From positions 105,468,209 through 105,532,208 of the forward strand of contig NC_068987.1 of assembly GCF_001194135.2 (NCBI RefSeq): a stretch of DNA of 64,000 nucleotides, written 5' to 3'. This document shows, piece by piece, positions 24,772-39,650 of this stretch; within the stretch, counting starts at the first letter, position 1, and the number at the start of each line of letters is the position of its first letter. Under the pieces are notes generated by a model. The model saw nothing but the letters and a program-made list of their open reading frames with translations, ran no database searches and was not told the origin of the DNA. Source of the stretch: Octopus bimaculoides (lineage: Eukaryota). The position numbers and the translations under genes are program-made.

Positions 24772-25739
24772 CGTGTATATACACACATTGACACACAACA
24801 TATGCACGCATGTTTGTGTATGTGCTTATAAGTATGTAGCGCATATGTGTTAAAAGGTGCACCTTTTCCTAGCAGCACACAAATTCGAAAGATAAGGTTA
24901 TATAACGAATTTAGTTTGTGCATTTATGAATGTAAAATATATCTCGTCTCTTGTCTCGAGTATTCCGTATACACACACACGCACACACACACAAACAAAG
25001 ACAAACACATACAGACGCACGCGCGCGCGCACACATCATATATGTATACATATGTATGTATATATATATATTTACGTACATATATAATACATGTATAGCC
25101 TGTATATGATGTGTGTAGGGTGTGCGTACGCATGTACGCATGTGTGCATATACATACATACATTTACGTATACATGCATATATACATATACATACATACA
25201 CACACATACATACACACACATATACGTATACATATAAACATATACACAAATAATTATGCATGTATGCATTATATTATATAAGTCAATAAGCATTAAGAGA
25301 ACCTTTTGTAGAGAACGATTGAAATATTTACTTGTTAATGAGCTGAATAGAATTATTAATGTGCTGGTGACCAATGTTTTGCTATAAGAAGTAGACACTA
25401 GTCTGAGCCTGTGGTGGTGCTGCATTTCATTAGAGCTCGCTGGAAGAGAAACGAAATATTTAAGATAGTCACTGGGAAATTTTGTACTTCAAAAACCATT
25501 GAAACTAACAAACCTTCTGCATATTTAAATGAGCTTAGTCTCATTTTTTTTTTCTGAGAAATTTCTATTTTATACAAGATTCTATCGAATGGCCAACCTG
25601 AGTATTCTGTTTCTATTCAACCAAGTCTGACCAATGTAAGACAACAATAGATGCAGTGTTTGGCCAGCATCTTACAAGAAACCAACGGTAAACATGCAGA
25701 TGATCAATTGTACTATAATCGTTATAAAGGGAATACAAA

Positions 25740-25785
<46 letters not shown>

Positions 25786-25920
25786 CATGCATACATAGAT
25801 ACATACATATATTGATATATCTGTATACATATGTGTACTTATATATGTACATGTATGTACATCTATGTGTACATATGTATATGCATATATATATGTGTGT
25901 ATGTATATATATATACATAC

Positions 25921-25959
<39 letters not shown>

Positions 25960-26589
25960 TAAAAGTCGAACGATGAAAATGAATGCTTAACACCTCATTG
26001 GTGGATATAATTTCTTTATTTGTGAATTAAGGCTACCACTTGTTTCATGTTACGAAAAGCAGGAAAATATCCTAGAGTCTTAATTTTTCAAACTGATCAC
26101 ATGGAGAAGGGCGTTCGCCCCCATTTTGGAAAATACACCCTCGTTTAGTTCGCGGGGAGTCTCCTGAATTCTCGTGAATAAAACAATTAATCAAGAAATG
26201 TTACTCTTGGGTGGCATCTTTTGATTTGACTTTTGGGCAAACTGTTGTGTGGTCAATTTATTTGCATTATTTTGTTTTTGCTCTGGGTGTGGTGTTCTTA
26301 TACTTGTGTGTTGAGGTACTTCATCATTGGGGAATATTTCTTCTGTGTGGAGTTTGAGTGTAAGATATTGCTTGTGTATGCAGGGAGAGAAGGTTTCATC
26401 CCTAATGCTTAGGATGTTATCTGTTATTTCCAGCAGGTAGACATACTTAGTATGTCCTTTGATTAATTTTTGATTAATCCTTCAGCTATTTAATGTTTTT
26501 TGGGGTTTGCAGTCGCCTATATTATCGATTGTGTTATTATCAATGTTAAATTGTTACACTAAATAATAACAGAGTCAACGATATCTTTA

Positions 26590-26775
26590 GTCTAGCAAAT
26601 CGATCCCAGGACTTATTCTTTGTAAGCCTAGTACTTATTTTATCGGTCTTTTGCCGAACCGCTATGTTGCGGGGACGTAAACACACCAACATCGGTTGTC
26701 AAGTGATGGTGGAGGACAAACGGAAACACACAAACACACACGCATACACGCACGCACACACACACACGCACATAC

Positions 26776-26815
<40 letters not shown>

Positions 26816-26967
26816 GACGGGCTTCTTTCAGTTTCCGTCTACCAAATCCACTCACAAGGCTTTGGTCGACCCAAGGCTACAGTAGAAGACACCTGGACAA
26901 AGTTCCACGCAGTGGGACTGAACCTGGAACCATGTGGTTGGTCAGCAAGCTACTTACCGCACAGCCA
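26590..26967 (-). mobile_element. SINE family B; followed by an oppositely oriented B-type tail at ~26985-27205
   Basis: ccacgcagtgggactgaacctggaaccatgtggttg...ttaccgcacagcca. Confidence 0.85.
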
Positions 26968-27589
26968 ATTATGTGTGTGTGTGTGTGTGCTTGTCCCATA
27001 CGACCGCTTGAAAAACGTTGTTGGTGGGCTTACGTCCCCGTTCGGCAAAAAAGTGCCTGAAAGAATAAATACTAGGTTGAAAAACAAAAATAAACAAAAA
27101 AAAAAACAAAAACACAACCCCCCCCCAAAAAAAAACAGTACTGGCGTCGATTCGCTCAACTAAAATTCTCCAAAACAATGCCTCGGCATGGCCGTACTCT
27201 ACTGGAGGAAACACATTTTATGTATACATATTAGTCCACTTCCAATAAGATGATGATGTGACTAAAAGAAAAAAAATCGACAGAAGATCTTTAGTAAAAT
27301 AACAAAACGTATATTTATCGATTTTATCGATTTTAAATTTTGTTTATATAGACAATTTAAGTGATTGTAGCTTCCTCTATTGCTGACTTTATTTCTAACA
27401 TAAACACATACGCGCACGCGTCCGCACATACACACACGTGCGCACGCACTCTCATGCACATAGAAATATGCTCTAGCATACAGGCCTCCGTGTAGCATCA
27501 GATCATTAATGTTGTTTGATCCTTGAAGCTTTTTTATTACGCACATACGTACACATAAATACTCCCACACATGCACAGACATAGAGCAT

Positions 27590-28063
27590 ACTCTCTCTGT
27601 GTCTCTCTGTGTCTCTCTGTGTCTCTCTGTCTCTGTATCTCTCTCTGTGTCTCTGTGTCTCTCTCTGTGTCTCTCTCTGTGTCTCTTTGTGTCTCTGCAT
27701 CTCTCTCTGTGTCTCTGTGTCTCTCTCTGTGTCTCTCTCTGTTTCTCTCTCTGTGTCTCTCTCTGTGTCTCTTTGTGTCTCTGCATCTCTCTGTGTGTCT
27801 CTCTCTGTGTCTCTGCATCTCTCTCTGTGTCTCTCTCTGTGTCTCTGCATCTCTCTCTGTGTCTCTGTGTCTCTCTCTGTGTCTCTCTCTGTGTCTCTCT
27901 CTGTGTCTCTCTCTCTGTGTCTCTGCATCTCTCTCTCTGTCTCTGTGTCTCTCTCTGTGCCTCTGTGTCTCTCTCTGTTTCTCTCTGTGTGTCTCTCTGT
28001 GTGTCTCTTTGTGTCTCTGTGTCTCTCTATGTGTCTCTGTGTCTCTCTTCTGTGTGTGTGTGT

Positions 28064-28121
<58 letters not shown>

Positions 28122-28200
28122 CTCTTTCTCTCTGTGTCTCTTTCTCTCTGTGTCTCTTTCTCTCTGTGTCCCCTCACTCTCTCTCTCTCACACACACACA
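27590..28200. repeat. Compound (CT)n/(GT)n minisatellite with recurring gtctctgcatctctctct units
   Basis: Direct reading; source of the long spurious RE/SL-rich ORFs. Confidence 0.9.
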
Positions 28201-28508
28201 CTCATATACAAACACGCACAAACACACACACACACACAGCTACTTGGTAGTTGAAACTAAATATTTGCGATTAAAATTCCTTGAAGTTTACGGCAGTTTC
28301 TGTATGAGTGTACGAATTATTGTTTGTATACAGAAGGCAAAATTCTTCCAAAATTGCTCATTGAAGATTAAAAAAAATTCAGGACATATTGAACAATCAT
28401 ATTCCGAAGTCCATTCTGTTGTATAGAAAGTGATCAAGAAACATGATGATCACGGCCAGAAGGCCTTTGATCAAACGTTTATTTAATCATGGCTGAATCT
28501 GGTGCTAG

Positions 28509-28510
28509 AT

Positions 28511-28561
<51 letters not shown>

Positions 28562-28640
28562 GTCATCATCATCAACATTACCATCACCATCATCGTCATC
28601 CTGATCGTTATCATCATCGTCATCATCACCATCATCGTCG
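28509..28640. repeat. (CAT)n microsatellite
   Basis: Direct reading. Confidence 0.95.
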
Positions 28641-28717
28641 TAGTTGTTGTCCACTCCCTCCCCCTCCCCTCCCCTCCCCCTTCTCCTACTATTTATAGAA
28701 GATCAAGCCAGCTTCAG

Positions 28718-29125
28718 TGTGGCTGTGTGGTAAGAAGTTTGCATCCCAACCACATGGTTTCGGGTTCAACCCTACCGTGTGACACCTTGTATGAGTGTCT
28801 TCTGCTATAGCCTCGGGTTGACCAAAGCTTCGTGAGCGGACTTTGTAGAAGGAAACTGAAAGAAGCCTGTCGTACATACCCCCACACACACACCCACACC
28901 CGCACACACGTATGTATATGTGTGTGTGTATTTGTGTCTTTGTCCCCCACCCACCCACTGCTTGACAGTCGGTGTTAGTGTATTTACATACCCGTAGCTA
29001 GCGGGCAAAATAGACCGATAAAATAAGTACCAGGCTTAAAAAAAAGTACTGGGGTCGATTAATTCGACTGAAAATTCTTCAAAGCGATGCCCCGGCATGG
29101 CCGCAGTCTAGTGACTAAAACAAGT
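28718..29125 (+). mobile_element. SINE family B
   Basis: gtggctgtgtggtaagaag...gggttcaaccc...tcttctgctatagcctcggg...ggcatggccgcagtc. Confidence 0.85.
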
Positions 29126-29280
29126 AGTAAATAAATTAAAAATATCGAAGCTCTCTCCTTTTCTCGTGCCTTTCCACCGACTTTAAATTGAGTTTTGTAG
29201 TATTTATCCTCAGATCACTTCTGTTCGAGCAGACCTGTGATCAAAACTATTCCTGTCGTAATTTTTAAAGCGACCTTGCT

Positions 29281-29445
29281 GGGCGCCGGAGTAGCTGTGT
29301 GGTAAGTAGCTTGCTTACCAACGACATGGTTCCGGGTTCAGTCCCATTGCGTGTCATCTTGGGCAAGTGTTTCTACTATAGCCTCGGGCTGGCCTCCTGA
29401 TAATTAATCGATATTAATTAATATATGACTAATTACAAGATTTTA

Positions 29446-29504
<59 letters not shown>

Positions 29505-29700
29505 ATGTTGTGTATCTGTGTTTGTCCCCCCAACATCGTTTGACAACCAATGCTGGTGTGTTTAGGTCCCCGTAACTTAGTGGTTCGGCAAAAGAGGACG
29601 ATAGAATAAGTACTAGGCTTACAAAGAATAAGTCCTGGGGTCGATTTGATTCGACTAAAGGTGGTGCTCCAGCATGGCCGCAGTCAAATGACTGAAAAAA
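29281..29700 (+). mobile_element. SINE family B with internal AT-rich replacement
   Basis: Head and CORE-like block to ~29390, non-consensus AT stretch to ~29480, then a normal B tail. Confidence 0.8.
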
Positions 29701-32411
29701 ATAATAATAAGCGACCATATGTATGCTCTCTCGTTAGTTCGTAAATTTTTGGTTTAGAGAGAAAATTCAATGTAGCTGGGAAAATGACAAATAAGTAACA
29801 ATGAAGCTAGTATCACCTTGATTTAATCATTGTTGAAATATATGTGGCAACGTTTGAAGAGCAAAATCCTTTCAATGGAATGAGAAGAGGAAACTGATAT
29901 TTTTGCATAACGGTAGAGCATATATAGAAATTTGTGTTTTCATCAGTAATTCATTTAATTAATTAATCAGACAGAAGATTCTTTCTTTGTTATTTTTATA
30001 TGTAGTCTTCGACACTAGGATCCACTGAGGTTTGTTATATATTTGGGTCTTTTGACCTTTTTGAAAGTCAATATCTTCTTATAAAGTCAATTTAATTGTT
30101 GACGCTAATCAGAGAAAAACAAATCTGTGTTTGCTGGAGTAACTTATTACAAATAATTGTCAAAAGATAGATAATCTTAAAGCTCTATTAAAACTAAATC
30201 TACAAGAATTACTTTGAAGTTAAGTGATTTGCCTTACAAAGTTTAGATTTATTTATATTATCAGGCTATCAGGGATCATTTGTTCAAATGTGAATGTTGA
30301 GTGTTACGAAAAGTTTATCGTTAGAGCACTCATCTCTTGAGAATACAGTGATGTCTATTTAAATCTGTGACTTGGCTACGAAGCTAGCGAGTTGGTAGAG
30401 ACTCGGTTTGAATGTTTTGTATTCGTCCCGGCTTTTTGAGTTCAAATCTCACCGAAGTCAATTTTTCCTGTAATGTCTTGGAGGCGGTTAAATAAAATAA
30501 TATAGTCACATATTGGATTCGTTTCTTTTCTTCTTTCCTCCCTACCCCACTCTCTCTTAGAATTTGCTTACACCGATAAGATGGTATCTCGTAAATAGCA
30601 CCCTCCAAAAAAAAAAAAAGCCACGGGAAACCATCGCTGTATTTTCCAATCAAAATTCCATAACTAACATATGTTGCTTGTCAAAGAAGTCACTAGGGTG
30701 GTTCTACAACCTAATGCCGCATCTTTTCCTTAATACATGTTTGCTAGTAATAAGTACGTCAAACTGACTTGTACTTAGTCAAGAATGTTCTGTAGTTCAA
30801 ATTACACATTCTTCGAAATGCTTTTATCAAATTAGACGCTTTCAAAATAATTATGCCTGATCACTTTAAGAAAAGAAGTTTATATAAACGGTCACTTCAA
30901 TGATGATGCCCTGTCGTATCCGAAAATGATTTAAACCCTTTGCAAGTATTTCCTATCAGACCGCATACACAAATTCTCATTTTCAAAAATGAACTAAGAG
31001 AAATAACTCAGAGTAGTCTGTAGTAAGTCTATGAACAGCTTAGACAAATACATGTATACCAAACACATGCAAAATAAATTCTTAGAGGTTGTGTCACAAT
31101 TACCAAATGGCATTTAAAACCAACACCACATGAGATGGGTAGATAATCTCAGAAATCAAGAATTCTCCAAAAGTTGACATGCTGTTAAGGAAAAGGAGTG
31201 GCATTTTGTTTGGAGATAAGAGGAGAGTTGAGGACGTGTTTAATTTACGCAAAATATCCTGGCAAAAAAAGCGTTCTACTCTTCTTTCTTTACATGTCTA
31301 TGTCCCTTGGCTACTGGAGATAAGTTCATTGGTCATACTTACACACACTCACGCACACACAAACACAAACACAAACACAAACACACGTGCACGACCACAC
31401 AAATATGCGCTAACAGCTCACTTTATTTATTAGCGACTGAGGCAGCATTAATACCCAGAGGTAATATCTCCATTTAAACGTGGAGGTTCTGTTAGAACAA
31501 ACAATACTACGGAGTTACCACGAGAAAAACTCCCATTTTGGTGCAAAATGCACTCTTGTTTATATCATTAGCGGGGAGAAAAATCCCCCTGCCTCCAGCT
31601 CTGAGACCACCATATCACGTGATTTCGACCTTCCTTGGCCCTGTCAATGATGGACGCTCGATCACTTAAGATAGTTGAATCGCTGTCAGTCAGAAGTACT
31701 ACGAAAACCTTCATGCATGAAGAAGGATACATCGAGACACACCTAGCTGTGATTTGCTATAGCTTAATCTTTAATTTACTTTCACTTTCCGGATAAAGTT
31801 TAAATTAGGGGATACGCACCAACAATAATAAAAGAAAAGCACTAAAGAACAACAACAAATACTCTAAAGATCCCAGAATATTTGGTCTAGTAAGAAATAC
31901 ATTGCACCAACCCCCGTCCGCTTCTCAGATAAATTATATTCGATGGAGTTATTCTTACTTTTAATGTAATCAACTTATAAGAAAACACCAACAAGTATAG
32001 AAACAAACCCAAGTGCATTTGTCTGTTTAAGTTTTTCTTCGGTATAAATCAGAAGAAATCTGATTAGCAAGAAGTTAGCTTCTTCAGCAATAATCTAATG
32101 ATGTCGGCACTTTGACATTTAGATTTCCACCTAGCAGCGTCTAAAGATCCGTTAGAAAAATCCAGTCCACACGACCTTTTATTTCATGTAATTCTAAGAT
32201 CACAAACAAATGTCATATTACTGTATTTTATCTTATTAGTGTCACTTTATATATATATATAATCAATATTAAAATATATATGCATATAATGTATGTACGT
32301 ATATACACATGCTTATACATGCGACCATACATACATGCATACATACATACATACATACAGAGAATTAATAAATATATATATATACATCATATATCATGCA
32401 TACATATACAA

Positions 32412-32486
<75 letters not shown>

Positions 32487-33198
32487 TAATATATACATAC
32501 ATACACACATATATATATAAACACATATGTGTATATATATATATATATATGCACATACTTACACGTATGTGTCTGTGTGTGCGTATGTATGAATTTGTAA
32601 GTGTATTTACTTTTGCAAAGGTTCCTGTTTTGCTTTACTGTTGTTTCCGCCATAGTTTCCTTGTTTTCTTTCCTTTCTCGTCATCATCATCATCACAGGT
32701 ACCACAACCCATATTACCACCACCATATCATAACACCAAGTAACATTACTCTCACTGCCCCTACCACTTCAACCTAATACCCCTCCACCGCATCATCATC
32801 ATCATTGCCATCATCATCACCACCACTGCCATCATCATCAAAACGATCGTCATAATGGACCACATTTCTATTTCCGATAAATATCATTATTAGCCTGTCT
32901 CTTTCTCTTTCATATTCTACTTTTCTACATCTTTCATCTTTTCGTCTTCTTTCACTTTGGACATCTTGTCTTTATGATCTATTTTACACCCACCTAATTA
33001 TGTATATACATAGATACACATGAATGTGTGTGTATATATAAACGTATATAACGCGATATACACACATATATATATATACATGCATACACACACACATACG
33101 CTCGTATGTGTGTGTGTTTGTCAATACATATCCTTCATTTGTAGTATCTGTCTCTTCTGTTTCTCTGTTGCGCTGTTTTGTTATTGATTTCACTAATG

Positions 33199-34098
33199 AC
33201 TCTTCTTCTTCTTCTTCTTCTTCTTCTTCTTCTTCTTCTTCTTCTTCTTCTTCTCCTTCTTCTCTTTCTTCTTCTTCTTCTTCTTCTTCTTCTTCTTCTT
33301 CTTCTTCTTCTTCTTCTCTTTCTTCTTCTTCTTCTTCTTCTTCTTCTTCTTCTTCTTCTTCTCTTTCTTNNNNNNNNNNNNNNNNNNNNNNNNNNNNNNN
33401 NNNNNNNNNNNNNNNNNNNNNNNNNNNNNNNNNNNNNNNNNNNNNNNNNNNNNNNNNNNNNNNNNNNNNNNNNNNNNNNNNNNNNNNNNNNNNNNNNNNN
33501 NNNNNNNNNNNNNNNNNNNNNNNNNNNNNNNNNNNNNNNNNNNNNNNNNNNNNNNNNNNNNNNNNNNNNNNNNNNNNNNNNNNNNNNNNNNNNNNNNNNN
33601 NNNNNNNNNNNNNNNNNNNNNNNNNNNNNNNNNNNNNNNNNNNNNNNNNNNNNNNNNNNNNNNNNNNNNNNNNNNNNNNNNNNNNNNNNNNNNNNNNNNN
33701 NNNNNNNNNNNNNNNNNNNNNNNNNNNNNNNNNNNNNNNNNNNNNNNNNNNNNNNNNNNNNNNNNNNNNNNNNNNNNNNNNNNNNNNNNNNNNNNNNNNN
33801 NNNNNNNNNNNNNNNNNNNNNNNNNNNNNNNNNNNNNNNNNNNNNNNNNNNNNNNNNNNNNNNNNNNNNNNNNNNNNNNNNNNNNNNNNNNNNNNNNNNN
33901 NNNNNNNNNNNNNNNNNNNNNNNNNNNNNNNNNNNNNNNNNNNNNNNNNNNNNNNNNNNNNNNNNNNNNNNNNNNNNTTCTTCTTCTTCTTCTTCTTCTT
34001 CTTCTTCTTCTTCTTCTTCTTCTTCTTCTCTTTCTTCTTCTTCTTCTTCTTCTTCTTCTTCTTCTTCTTCTTCTTCTTCTTCTTCTTCTTCTTCTTCT
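33199..34098. repeat. (TCT)n microsatellite spanning an assembly gap
   Basis: Direct reading on both sides of the N run. Confidence 0.95.
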
Positions 34099-34876
34099 GT
34101 CCCTCCATTATCATCATCATCCTTGTTATTGTTGTTGTCTTTCTATATTATATTATCCATCCATCCATTCATCCATCCATTCATCCATCTATTCTCACGT
34201 GCGCGCACGCACGCACACACACACACACACACACATTTAACGTACTTGACCCCGCCGAGTGGCACTGCTCAGGTGTCGAAACCTTAGTGATATCTGTGTG
34301 GCAGCTGATGATGGGAACACATATTTGCTATGCTTCTTTGTAGATTTTTATGTCTTCGTGTTTTTTATGCATATATTCGTGTCGTGCATCTTGAATAGTG
34401 ATGGGATTGCGATCCTCGCTGACAGGCCCCTAATATATTACTCCAGTCACTTAATTCAGGACTAGTAACTTCGGTGGTCAAAAGTTGTGATGTCACTTAG
34501 GTGTAGTAGTTAGTTTGGTAGTAGCTTCGATGTAGTGGTTATCAAAGCTAAACCGTTTACAGTGGACGCAGTGTTCAACTCTCGCAAGCGAAATAAAGAT
34601 AGAGGTGGTTGCGACGTTGGTGAAGTCTGTTGCTGTGCTTTGTGGTGACGTTGACGATTTTGACAACGAAGTAATGTTAAAAGAAAAATATAGTGAAAGC
34701 AATACTAACAGAAGAAACAAAAATATGTGCAAGTCAAGAAACACACACAAAAACACACACACACATACTTACTCAACCCAATATGTGTTCTAGTCCTTTT
34801 GCATATGTCTAAGTGTCTCGTTTGCCGAAGATTAAGCTATCGAATGCGTGTGTGTATATATTTATATAATCACACA

Positions 34877-34909
<33 letters not shown>

Positions 34910-35642
34910 TGTACTGTTCCATGACAGAAAGTTCTGCAAAAAAATCCCATTTGGTGAGATATAAATATTATTTATTTAAAGGTCACAATACATATGAAAC
35001 TATTAGTAGCACTTTAATACAAGTACGGTGTCATTTAAATAAATAATATATATTTATATATATATANNNNNNNNNNNNNNNNNNNNNNNNNNNNNNNNNN
35101 NNNNNNNNNNNNNNNNNNNNNNNNNNNNNNNNNNNNNNNNNNNNNNNNNNNNNNNNNNNNNNNNNNNNNNNNNNNNNNNNNNNNNNNNNNNNNNNNNNNN
35201 NNNNNNNNNNNNNNNNNNNNNNNNNNNNNNNNNNNNNNNNNNNNNNNNNNNNNNNNNNNNNNNNNNNNNNNNNNNNNNNNNNNNNNNNNNNNNNNNNNNN
35301 NNNNNNNNNNNNNNNNNNNNNNNNNNNNNNNNNNNNNNNNNNNNNNNNNNNNNNNNNNNNNNNNNNNNNNNNNNNNNNNNNNNNNNNNNNNNNNNNNNNN
35401 NNNNNNNNNNNNNNNNNNNNNNNNNNNNNNNNNNNNNNNNNNNNNNNNNNNNNNNNNNNNNNNNNNNNNNNNNNNNNNNNNNNNNNNNNNNNNNNNNNNN
35501 NNNNNNNNNNNNNNNNNNNNNNNNNNNNNNNNNNNNNNNNNNNNNNNNNNNNNNNNNNNNNNNNNNNNNNNNNNNNNNNNNNNNNNNNNNNNNNNNNNNN
35601 NNNNNNNNNNNNNNNNNNNNNNNNNNNNNNNNNNNNNNNNNN

Positions 35643-35803
<161 letters not shown>

Positions 35804-37415
35804 ATAAAATTTAAAGTGTATTCCGTTAGGAACGTATTAGAGGACAAAACAGAATTCGTTCACCCTTAGAATTATCAAATAGCCGATAGTATTCGAAGTC
35901 TAGGCTTAGACATTCATCGTGTGTGAAAAATAAAAATAAAATAAATTGAGTCAAGAGGAAGGAATACGGTTAGATAGCTCTTTAATAAACACTGCACATA
36001 TTTCGATACAGCATAGATCCACCTATATACAAGATTTAAATTAAGCAACGGTTTATCTGTATAATGGGATCCAGTTATATTTCCTCAGGTGATATATAAT
36101 CGCTGTCCAGGTAAGTAAATCTTTGACTTTGATGCACATCCAACTGGCTCTTTTGAATCTAGTAGACACTGGCAGTTCCATTCGGCTCGCTGTCAAAGTG
36201 CCTTTACACGCTCAACATGAGCGGAATTGTATACATTGGTTGTCCAATTTGTTTCACATGTTAGGTTGCACACGCTAAATTTTATAATTTCACCAATACA
36301 CTTATACATATACAATCACTGACACACATATACACACAACTACATATCTGGGTGTCCCCATACGCACACACACACACACACACACACACCCTCACACACA
36401 CACAAATACATATATACATACGTATACACACACACATGCACCCCCACACACGTAGCGATCAACAAACACATTCACATCCATACATAGACGCACATACATA
36501 TATCTACCCATATTCATGCACATAGGTATATCGTTGGGTACTCCATCATATATACACACACACTCCATCATATATATAGACGTGAGACAGAAAGGGTGGG
36601 CGTGGTGAAATAGAATAATAATAATTATAATTTTTATATATATAAACATAAATATACATACATATATACATACACACACATTTATATAAATATAAGAATA
36701 TGAAATGTTGATACAGAGGAGCATGCGGTAATCACAGTAAGCCCCCACCCATTCAGAATCGGCTATCAGTATACCAAGCAATTCAATTAAAATGTAGTGT
36801 AAAGTAATGAGTCTGCGTACTTAAAACATCCAGCGAAACCCAGAGATAAATTTTTCAATAAGTAATAAATAAAACATATAGTCAGAAAGTGTGAAAGGGG
36901 AAGATAAATATATTTGTCCTTACGACTTTCATTTGATTACAGCCGTTCCGTAATATTCTTCATGCTGTATTAACTTTTGTACGGTAAAATTAAATGTACA
37001 TGTTTGCACAAAGTGTATGACCCAACATTATACAATACAATTGTATATTTACAAATTATTGCAAATAAAGAAAGCTAACTCATCAGAAAAATGCAGCATC
37101 ATAGCTGCATCTACAATTCAATTCTGAATGTGTTTATGTGCGTATGAAGACGTACATGCTAGCACATATGCACGCGTATTTATACATGTATACACATGTA
37201 TGTATAGAACATGAATATATAGGCGCAACCTGAAATAAGCATGAGGGCCGAGTTTAAAATAATTTTCATTTTTTAAAATATTTTTTATTTGTATTGAGTA
37301 AATGTTTTCCGATAACAAAACTAAACATTATCAGAATAAATACATTTATTATTTATATTTATATTCCGTTGAAAACCAACGCAGAAAACGATACCAAAAA
37401 CAACACACACCACGC

Positions 37416-37467
<52 letters not shown>

Positions 37468-38349
37468 GAACACACATGCGCACGCACGCACGCACGCGCG
37501 CTTGCACACACATACACGTGCGCGCGCACACCCACACACCACATACGCAGAATGTTAAAAGGAAATGTGACAAAATCGCCATAAACTTTCTATCAAAAGT
37601 GCTATAATTTCAATTTTCGGGGAGAAATGGTAAAGCATTATATATTTTTTTAAAAATCTACATGTAGTCCTCCATGTTTCTGCTTTTTATTATTATTTTA
37701 ACGCATTATATTCTATTACGTCAAAGCGTATTATTATGAATTGAAACTTGATGCGTTATAACTACTTACGTTTCACTATGTTCCACAGCATTGTTTTACT
37801 GTGCAACGCCCGCACGCGTGTGTTTGTGTACGTGTGTATGTGTGTATATGTGTGTGTGTGTGTGTATGAATATGTGTGTTCGCGCGCACGTGCGCGTATA
37901 TATATATATACATACAAAGTATGTGTGCCTGTGTGCATGTATTTCTGCATACTCTCACACACACACGTTTATACAGTGTGCATTAATATAAATTCATAAA
38001 TTCGCATGTGTTTATATGTAAGTATATAGACACACACACACACACACACTCATATATATATATATATGTATATATTCGCACGCGCACATATGTGCACACA
38101 CATATATATCTAAATTAACCTATTTATTTATTAATGCCTATATACATATATTAATATATATATATATATATATANNNNNNNNNNNNNNNNNNNNNNNNNN
38201 NNNNNNNNNNNNNNNNNNNNNNNNNNNNNNNNNNNNNNNNNNNNNNNNNNNNNNNNNNNNNNNNNNNNNNNNNNNNNNNNNNNNNNNNNNNNNNNNNNNN
38301 NNNNNNNNNNNNNNNNNNNNNNNNNNNNNNNNNNNNNNNNNNNNNNNNN

Positions 38350-38405
<56 letters not shown>

Positions 38406-38682
38406 CACATATGGATACGCATTCACTTTCAGATACTTTCATACGTATAATCATATATGCATACAAAGATACAAGCGTACATATATGCACAAATACCACG
38501 CATACATATAGACTTACATATTCAGACATACGTAGATAAAAAACTTCCTCAGATACATAAACACTTCGACGTGCTCACATACATATGAATATATTGTGTT
38601 TATATGAATGTGGTTTTGTATGTATTCGTTTTCGTACGGATGAATTTAAAGCAGGCTTAAATTATATACACACACACATTCA

Positions 38683-38721
<39 letters not shown>

Positions 38722-38869
38722 GCATATATATGAACCCTTGACCAACAGGAAAATATAGGCATACATGCATACACAGAAACAATATATAATAAATTGAGAT
38801 TTATATGCAATGTGTACGTGTGAGTATATACATACGTGTGAGTATGTCTGTATGCACGTGTGTGCGTGC

Positions 38870-38913
<44 letters not shown>

Positions 38914-39330
38914 ATATAATGGTGTTTGTTTCCATCATTCTATTCAGCGCGTTCTGATGCATGGAGTTACGTTCAAGGAAAGCTGTGATTACGATGTAGT
39001 TTCGATACTGTTGGCGTTTATTCGTTATTCTCGGTTTGAAGCATTTGTTGCATCTCAGACGAATTTGTATTTGCAGCAAATCTCACATGTTGTTGTATAC
39101 ATTACGTGCCAATGACACGAACATAAGTCTACAGACCTGCAGTTCGATTTCGTTGTCTGTCAAGTCTTTCCCTCGTTTGGCTGGGTCCAAGGTGACAATC
39201 ACTTTCTGGGTCACTCAACTGAAGCAACAGCCTGTTCATCTATTCAGACGCAATGATATCCACAGATGTCTCTGCATCATCGCCTCTCGAACAGTTCAGT
39301 TAGTGCACATCCTAGGATCAACAGGCGTGC

Positions 39331-39374
39331 TTACGTCATCCCCTTTTGGACCAATCAGAGAGTGAAATGACGTG
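39331..39374. promoter_or_regulatory. Candidate promoter motif cluster: TTACGTCA, CCAATCAG, TGACGTG
   Basis: bZIP-type sites at 39331-39338 and 39368-39374 flank a CCAAT box at 39351-39355 in non-repetitive sequence. Confidence 0.3.
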
Positions 39375-39469
39375 TTACGTTCATTTAGTGATTTAGATAT
39401 AACGCTTTAATAAAATGCTTTACTTCTCTCTTTCTCCTTTCTAATACAGGACACAAGGCCTGGAATTTT

Positions 39470-39650
39470 AAGGCAAAGGGTTTAAGGATTATATTGACCA
39501 CACTGCTCAACGGGAGCTTATTTTGTCTTCTCCGGAATGATGAAAATCAAAGTCGAACTAGTGGCGTTTGTACTCAGAACGTAAAGCCGGAAGAGATATT
39601 GCTAAACATTTTGTCCAGCGTGATAATGTTTCTGCCAGCTCGCCGCTTTC
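39470..39650 (-). mobile_element. Decayed SINE family A
   Basis: caaagtcgaactagtggcgtttgtactcagaacgtaaagc...gtttctgccagctcgccgc. Confidence 0.7.

Noticed and set aside
24214-24923. Long ORFs rich in YI/TH/CV repeats and X (also at 13060-13613, 42064-43439, 60689-63612 and others)
   Set aside because: They are translations of (TA)n, (CA)n and (TACA)n microsatellites and N gaps; no coding signal.
27262-28426. 200-275 aa RE-rich or SL/CV-rich ORFs
   Set aside because: Products of a compound CT/GT minisatellite on all frames.
28489-28810. Poly-His / poly-Ile ORFs
   Set aside because: (CAT)n microsatellite with no flanking coding context.
32984-34343. Poly-K/E/S/L/F ORFs up to 411 aa
   Set aside because: (TCT)n microsatellite plus an assembly gap.
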